NCBI GenBank assembly: GCA_964016885.1
Contig: OZ024750.1
Location: forward strand, 39,928,001-39,992,000
Length of the DNA stretch: 64,000 nt
Origin: Eledone cirrhosa
Lineage: Eukaryota
Direction: 5' to 3'
Below are positions 58,531-64,000 of this stretch, piece by piece. The translations under genes and the position numbers were made by a program. Below the pieces are notes generated by a model that had not been told where the DNA came from, made no database searches, and saw only the letters and a program-made list of their open reading frames with translations. Each line of letters begins with the position of its first letter. Position 1 is the stretch's first letter.

Positions 58531-60715
58531 GTCATAGAAGCCTGTATTGTTTGTGTCTTGCTGTCCCACCGACCCTCAGCGTCTATAGACCCCCCCCCCC
58601 CCCAGTCATAGAAGCCTGCGTTGTTTGTGTCTTGCTGTCCCACCCACCCTCAGTGTCTATAGACACCTCCCCCCCAGTCATAGAAGCCTGTATTGTTTGT
58701 GTCTCGCTGTCCCACCGACCCTCTGTGTCTATAGACACCTCCCCCCAGTCATAGAAGCCTGTATTGTTTGTGTCTCGCTGTCCCACCGACCCTCAGCGTC
58801 TATAGACCCCTCCCCCCAGTCATAGAAGCCTGTATTGTTTGTGTCTCGCTGTCCCACCGACCCTCAGCGTCTATAGACCCCTCCCCCCAGTCATAGAAGC
58901 CTGTATTGTTTGTGTCTTGCTGTCCCACCGACCCTCAGTGTCTATAGACCCCTCCCCCCCCAGTCATAGAAGCCTGTATTGTTTGTGTCTTGCTGTGCCA
59001 CCGACCCTCAGCGTCTATAGACCCCCCCCCCCAGTCATAGAAGCCTGTATTGTTTGTGTCTTGCTGTCCCACCGACCCTCAGTGTCTATAGACACCTCCC
59101 CCCCCCAGTCATAGAAGCCTGTATTGTTTGTGTCTTGCTGTCCCACCGACCCTCAGCGTCTATAGACACCCCCCCCCCCAGTCATAGAAGCCTGTATTGT
59201 TTGTGTCTTGCTGTCCCACCGACCCTCAGTGTCTATAGACACCTCCCCCCAGTCATAGAAGCCTGTATTGTTTGTGTCTTGCTGTCCCACCGACCCGCAG
59301 TGTCTACAGACCCCTCCCCCCCAGTCATAGAAGCCTGTATTGTTTGTGTCTTGCTGTCCCACCGACCCGCAGTGTCTATAGACCCCTCCCCCCCCAGTCA
59401 TAGAAGCCTGTATTGTTTGTGTCTTGCTGTCCCACCGACCCTCAGCGTCTATAGACACCCCCCCAGTCATAGAAGCCTGTATTGTTTGTGTCTTGCTGTC
59501 CCACCGACCCTCAGTGACTATAGACACCTCCCCCTCCCCCCAGTCATAGAAGCCTGTATTGTTTGTGTCTCGCTGTCCCACCGACCCTCAGCGTCTATAG
59601 ACCCCTCCCCCCAGTCATAGAAGCCTGTATTGTTTGTGTCTTGCTGTCCCACCCACCCTCAGTGTCTATAGACACCTCCCCCCAGTCATAGAAGCCTGTA
59701 TTGTTTGTGTCTCGCTGTCCCACCGACCCTCTGTGTCTATAGACACCTCCCCCCAGTCATAGAAGCCTGTATTGTTTGTGTCTTGCTGTCCCACCGACCC
59801 TCAGCGTCTATAGACCCCCCCCCCCAGTCATAGAAGCCTGCGTTGTTTGTGTCTTGCTGTCCCACCCACCCTCAGTGTCTATAGACACCTCCCCCCAGTC
59901 ATAGAAGCCTGTATTGTTTGTGTCTCGCTGTCCCACCGACCCTCTGTGTCTATAGACACCTCCCCCCAGTCATAGAAGCCTGTATTGTTTGTGTCTCGCT
60001 GTCCCACCGACCCTCAGCGTCTATAGACCCCTCCCCCCAGTCATAGAAGCCTGTATTGTTTGTGTCTCGCTGTCCCACCGACCCTCAGCGTCTATAGACC
60101 CCTCCCCCCAGTCATAGAAGCCTGTATTGTTTGTGTCTTGCTGTCCCACCGACCCTCAGTGTCTATAGACCCCTCCCCCCCCCAGTCATAGAAGCCTGTA
60201 TTGTTTGTGTCTTGCTGTGCCACCGACCCTCAGCGTCTATAGACCCCCCCCCAGTCATAGAAGCCTGTATTGTTTGTGTCTTGCTGTCCCACCGACCCTC
60301 AGTGTCTATAGACACCTCCCCCCCCCCCAGTCATAGAAGCCTGTATTGTTTGTGTCTTGCTGTCCCACCGACCCTCAGCGTCTATAGACACCCCCCCCCC
60401 CAGTCATAGAAGCCTGTATTGTTTGTGTCTTGCTGTCCCACCGACCCTCAGTGTCTATAGACACCTCCCCCCAGTCATAGAAGCCTGTATTGTTTGTGTC
60501 TTGCTGTCCCACCGACCCGCAGTGTCTATAGACCCCTCCCCCCAGTCATAGAAGCCTGTATTGTTTGTGTCTTGCTGTCCCACCGACCCGCAGTGTCTAT
60601 AGACCCCTCCCCCCCCAGTCATAGAAGCCTGTATTGTTTGTGTCTTGCTGTCCCACCGACCCTCAGCGTCTATAGACACCCCCCCAGTCATAGAAGCCTG
60701 TATTGTTTGTGTCTT
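58270..60715. repeat. ~1.22-kb (17-monomer) tandem duplication near the array edge
   Basis: GTGACTATAG ~58289/59514, CCTGCGTTG ~58615/59837, TGTGCCACC ~58994/60216, GACCCGCAG ~59292/60514. Confidence 0.88.
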
Positions 60716-62113
60716 GCTGTCCCACCGACCCCCAGTGTCTATAGACCCCTCCCCCCCCAGTCATAGAAGCCTGTATTGTTTGTGTCTTGCTGTCCCACCG
60801 ACCCTCAGCGTCTATAGACACACCCCCCCAGTCATAGAAGCCTGTATTCTTTGTGTCTCGCTGTCCCACAGACCCTCAGCGTCTATAGACACCCCCCCCC
60901 AGTCATAGAAGCCTGTATTATTTGTGTCTTGCTGTCCCACCGACCCTCAGCGTCTATAGACCCCCCCCCCCAGTTATAGAAGCCTGTATTGTTTGTGTCC
61001 TGCTGTCCCACCGACCCGCAGCGTCTATAGACACCTCCCCCCCTCCAGTCATAGAAGCCTGTATTGTTTGTGTCTTGCTGTCCCACCGACCCTCAGCGTC
61101 TATAGACACCCCCCCCCCCCCCCCAGTCATAGAAGCCTGTATTCTTTGTGTCTCGCTGTCCCACCGACCCTCAGCGTCTATAGACACCCCCCCCCCCAGT
61201 CATAGAAGCCTGTATTGTTTGTGTCCTGCTGTCCCACCGACCCTCAGTGTCTATAGACCCCTCCCCCCCCCCCAGTCATAGAAGCCTGTATTGTTTGTGT
61301 CTTGCTGTCCCACCGACCCTCAGCGTCTATAGACACCCCCCCCCCCAATCATAGAAGCCTGTATTCTTTGTGTCTCGCTGTCCCACCGACCCTCAGCGTC
61401 TATAGACACCCCCCCCAGTCATAGAAGCCTGTATTGTTTGTGTCTTGCTGTCCCACCGACCCTCAGCGTCTATAGACCCCCCCCCCAGTCATAGAAGCCT
61501 GTATTGTTTGTGTCTTGCTGTCCCACCGACCCTCAGCGTCTATAGACCCCTCCCCCCCCAGTCATAGAAGCCTGTATTGTTTGTGTCTTGCTGTCCCACC
61601 GACCCGCAGCGTCTATAGACCCCCCCCCCCAGTCATAGAAGCCTGTATTGTTTGTGTCTTGCTGTCCCACCGACCCTCAGCGTCTATAGACCCCTCCCCC
61701 CCAGTCATAGAAGCCTGTATTGTTTGTGTCTTGCTGTCCCACCGACCCTCAGCGTCTATAGACACCCCCCCCCCAGTCATAGAAGCCTGTATTCTTTGTG
61801 TCTCGCTGTCCCACCGACCCTCAGCGTCTATAGACCCCTCCCCCCCCCAGTCATAGAAGCCTGTAGTGTTTGTGTCTTGCTGTCCCACCGACCCTCAGCG
61901 TCTATAGACACCCCCCCCCAGTCATAGAAGCCTGTATTCTTTGTGTCTCGCTGTCCCACCGACCCTCAGCGTCTATAGACCCCTCCCCCCCCCCCAGTCA
62001 TAGAAGCCTGTATTGTTTGTGTCTCGCTGTCCCACCGACCCTCGGCGTCTATAGACACCTCCCCCCCCAGTCATAGAAGCCTGTATTGTTTGTGTCTTGC
62101 TGTCCCACCGACC

Positions 62114-62328
62114 TTAACACTTAAATCCTAAAAGTTCTGCTGGGTTCCATTAATAATTCTTGAAAGAATCCTCCATGGTATGGTTCGGATGTTCCCCTCT
62201 TTGACTTGTAATCCAGATTATTACTTTTAAATCATACACAAAGTATACATGCTAACTTCTTAACATAATCAAAAATATTTGAATCATTTAAAGTATTTCA
62301 TTATATTCTCCACTTAATTTTGGATGTT
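62114..62328. other. AT-rich non-repetitive spacer between the satellite and the MITE
   Basis: Abrupt shift to AT-rich sequence with no tandem structure and no credible ORF. Confidence 0.7.
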
Positions 62329-62433
62329 TTAACCCTTTTGATACCAAATCGTTTGAAACCGGGCCTGGTTCTATCATATACAAAAAAAAACCCAAAACAT
62401 TAATATTATATGTATTTATGGTTCCGTAGGGGC

Positions 62434-62451
62434 GCCGTATTGACATACGGC
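62434..62451. other. Perfect 7-bp stem / 4-nt loop near the putative SINE 3' end
   Basis: GCCGTAT-TGAC-ATACGGC is an exact inverted repeat. Confidence 0.7.
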
Positions 62452-62532
62452 CATTCTTGGGCATTTTACGCCTGGTGGAGACCATCTATCTCCGTGCCTG
62501 TGTACAGCAGATTTTTTCCAGAGAAAGAAAGT

Positions 62533-62674
62533 GAGAGAGAGGAAATGAGAAACGGATATAGAGGAAGAATCGACCCCAGTACTAGACTGGTACTATATAT
62601 ATATATAGAGAGAGAGAGAGAGGAAATGAGAAACGGATATAGAGGAAGAATCGACCCCAGTACTAGACTGGTAC

Positions 62675-62707
<33 letters not shown>

Positions 62708-62911
62708 GAAATGAGAAACAGATATAGAGGAAGAATCGACGCCAGTACTACACTGGTACTATATATATATATATATGGAGAGAGGAAATGAGAAAGAGAT
62801 ATAGAGGAAGAATCGACCCCAGTACTACACTGGTACTATATATATATATAGAGAGAGAGAGAGGAAATGAGAAACAGATATAGAGGAAGAATCGACCCCA
62901 GTACTAGACTG

Positions 62912-62964
<53 letters not shown>

Positions 62965-63087
62965 GAAATGAGAAACAGATATAGAAGAAGAATCGACCCC
63001 AGTACTAGACTGGTACTATATATATATGGAGAGAGGAAATGAGAAAGAGATATAGAGGAAGAATCCACCCCAGTACTAGACTAGTAC
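62533..63087. repeat. 7-copy compound minisatellite: ~53-bp core plus (TA)n(GA)m, period 71-101 bp
   Basis: Core GGAAATGAGAAAC(G/A)GATATAGAGGAAGAATCGACCCCAGTACTAGACTGGTAC starts at 62541, 62622, 62707, 62784, 62863, 62964 and 63035. Cores are separated by variable TA/GA microsatellite. Confidence 0.96.
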
Positions 63088-63133
63088 TTTTTTTATCGAC
63101 CTCGAAAGGATGAAAGACAAAGTTGACCTCGGC

Positions 63134-63146
63134 GGGATTTGAACTC
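63134..63146 (-). promoter_or_regulatory. RNA polymerase III internal promoter B box of the SINE
   Basis: Minus strand GAGTTCAAATCCC matches GTTCRANNC. No clear A box is seen upstream. Confidence 0.7.
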
Positions 63147-63414
63147 AGAGAGTCGAGAGCCGGAACAAATACCATAAAGCATTCTATTCGACGTTCACCG
63201 CCTTTTAAAATTTTTATTTTTATCTAAAAACCTTCCATCATAATTTTATGTAAGAACCTTTGATAACACCAGCTTAATAATGAAAAAGTTATATTAAATC
63301 CCTCTAAATTCTTCATTACTTTCGAAATTATCTGAAAATCATAATCAGTGCCTTTCATTAAAAATTTGGTAATAAAAGGATTAAGCATTTTTTTTTATTT
63401 ATTTTTAATTAGAC

Positions 63415-64000
63415 ACAGGCCTCTGGTTCGGGGAAACTTTCCTCCCATAAGGCACTGTGAAGGGACAGGCATCTGGTTCGGGGAAACTTTCCTCCCATAA
63501 GGCACTGTGAAGGGACAGATGTCTGGTTCGGGGAAACTTTCCTCCCATAAGGCACTGTGAAGGGACAGGCCTCTGGTTCGGGGAAACTTTCCTCCCATAA
63601 GGCACTGTGAAGGGACAGGCCTCTGGTTCGGGGAAACTTTCCTCCCATAAGGCACTGTGAAGGGACAGGTGTCTGGTTCGGGGAAACTTTCCTCCCATAA
63701 GGCACTGTGAAGGGACAGGTCTCTGGTTCGGGGAAACTTTCCTCCCATAAGGCACTGTGAAGGGACAGGCCTCTGGTTCGGGGAAACTTTCCTCCCATAA
63801 GGCACTGTGAAGGGACAGGCCTCTGGTTCGGGGAAACTTTCCTCCCATAAGGCACTGTGAAGGGACAGGTGTCTGGTTCGGGGAAACTTTCCTCCCATAA
63901 GGCACTGTGAAGGGACAGGTGTCTGGTTCGGGGAAACTTTCCTCCCATAAGGCACTGTGAAGGGACAGGTGTCTGGTTCGGGGAAACTTTCCTCCCATAA
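63415..64000. repeat. 50-bp tandem satellite/minisatellite, 11 full copies plus partials, open at the right edge
   Basis: Unit CTCTGGTTCGGGGAAACTTTCCTCCCATAAGGCACTGTGAAGGGACAGGC with exact 50-bp period. 47 of 50 positions are invariant. Confidence 0.99.

Larger units (their letters stand above)
1..62113. repeat. 71-bp tandem satellite array, ~875 copies, single orientation, open at the left window edge
   Basis: Uninterrupted head-to-tail copies of AGTCATAGAAGCCTGTATTGTTTGTGTCTCGCTGTCCCACCGACCCTCAGCGTCTATAGACACCTCCCCCC (counted 26 C, 13 G, 13 A, 19 T). Length varies mainly in the terminal C-tract. The array ends mid-monomer at ...TGTCCCACCGACC|TTAACAC. Confidence 0.99.
62410..63202 (-). mobile_element. 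tRNA-derived SINE (Octopus-like by recollection) with an internally amplified segment
   Basis: Minus strand reads GGCGGTGAACG...ATGCTTTATGGTATTT...CTGAGTTCAAATCCCGCCGAGGTCAACTTTGTCTTTCATCCTTTCGAGGTCGATAAAAAAAAGTACTAG...GTACTGGGGT. This gives a GGCGG start, a Pol III B box and a central TTTCATCCTTTCGRGGTCGATAAA motif that I recognise from metazoan SINE cores. The 3' part ends in a stem-loop and an AT-rich tail near 62410. The 3' boundary is uncertain and there is no clear TSD. Confidence 0.75.
62333..63380. mobile_element. piggyBac-like non-autonomous DNA transposon (MITE) with TTAA target-site duplication, interrupted by a nested SINE
   Basis: Left end TTAA(62329-62332)-CCCTTTTGATACCAAAT(62333-62349). 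Right end ATTTGGTAATAAAAGGA(63364-63380)-TTAA(63381-63384), whose reverse complement is TCCTTTTATTACCAAAT, so the TIRs match at 14/17. TTAA TSD plus CCC terminus is the piggyBac signature. About 250 bp remain after removing the nested insert, with no transposase. Confidence 0.78.

Noticed and set aside
180-62076. Hundreds of ORFs (MCLAVPPT..., MGQRDT...), up to 305 aa, Cys/Pro-rich
   Set aside because: They are translations of the 71-bp monomer. Since 71 is not a multiple of 3, ORF length depends on C-run frameshifts. Most start at TTG, and there is no domain or codon signal.
1-62113. CRISPR-like array
   Set aside because: There are no unique spacers, the whole unit repeats, no cas genes are present and the context is eukaryotic.
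1-62113. Micro-exon array: (C)nCAG|TCATAGAAGCCT|GTATTG in each monomer
   Set aside because: The donor is a poor match to GTRAGT, the pyrimidine tract is pure C, introns would be ~59 nt, and there is no transcript evidence.
62288-62727. ORFs 62288-62485 (-) and 62410-62727 (+)
   Set aside because: They are short, cross MITE/SINE boundaries and run through TA/GA microsatellite (YIYI/ERER).
63120-63202. Functional tRNA gene
   Set aside because: Only a B box is present. There is no cloverleaf or A box, and it is continuous with the SINE body.
62114-63408. A larger outer TTAA-bounded element (TTAA at 62114 right at the satellite end and at 63405)
   Set aside because: There are no inverted termini inside these sites, and TTAA is frequent in this AT-rich island.
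63430-63443. NF-kB-like site GGGGAAACTTTCC in the 50-mer
   Set aside because: It does not fit GGGRNNYYCC spacing on either strand. Kept only as a dyad.
63395-63998. Three overlapping 179-197 aa minus-strand ORFs
   Set aside because: The 50-bp unit simply lacks TTA/CTA/TCA, so all minus frames stay open and give the same 50-aa cycle. This is not unusual for a 50-mer.
1-64000. Satellite-encoded hammerhead ribozyme, as in newt, schistosome and cricket satellites
   Set aside because: Neither monomer has the CUGANGA plus GAAA core on either strand. The closest are CTGAGGG in the 71-mer minus strand and CTGTGA...GAAAC in the 50-mer.

Overview
Eukaryotic heterochromatin-like window with no credible protein-coding gene. 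Positions 1-62113 (97%) are one head-to-tail array of a 71-bp, ~55% GC satellite (~875 copies), consensus AGTCATAGAAGCCTGTATTGTTTGTGTCTCGCTGTCCCACCGACCCTCAGCGTCTATAGACACCTCCCCCC. Diagnostic variants show nested tandem duplications of 0.85-4.7 kb, one ~15-17 kb super-duplication with a sharp junction near 34.68 kb, CpG decay on both strands and a diverged right edge. A 1.3-kb AT-rich island (62114-63414) holds the most interesting structure. It contains a TTAA-flanked piggyBac-like MITE with 17-bp TIRs, interrupted by a minus-strand tRNA-derived SINE, and an internal segment of that SINE has amplified into a 7-copy minisatellite. A second, very homogeneous 50-bp satellite runs from ~63415 off the window end. 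From memory, the SINE and MITE resemble abundant Octopus/cephalopod repeats; this is not database-verified. All ORFs in the track appear to be repeat or transposon translation artefacts. I see no CRISPR array, RNA gene or clear novel gene system.
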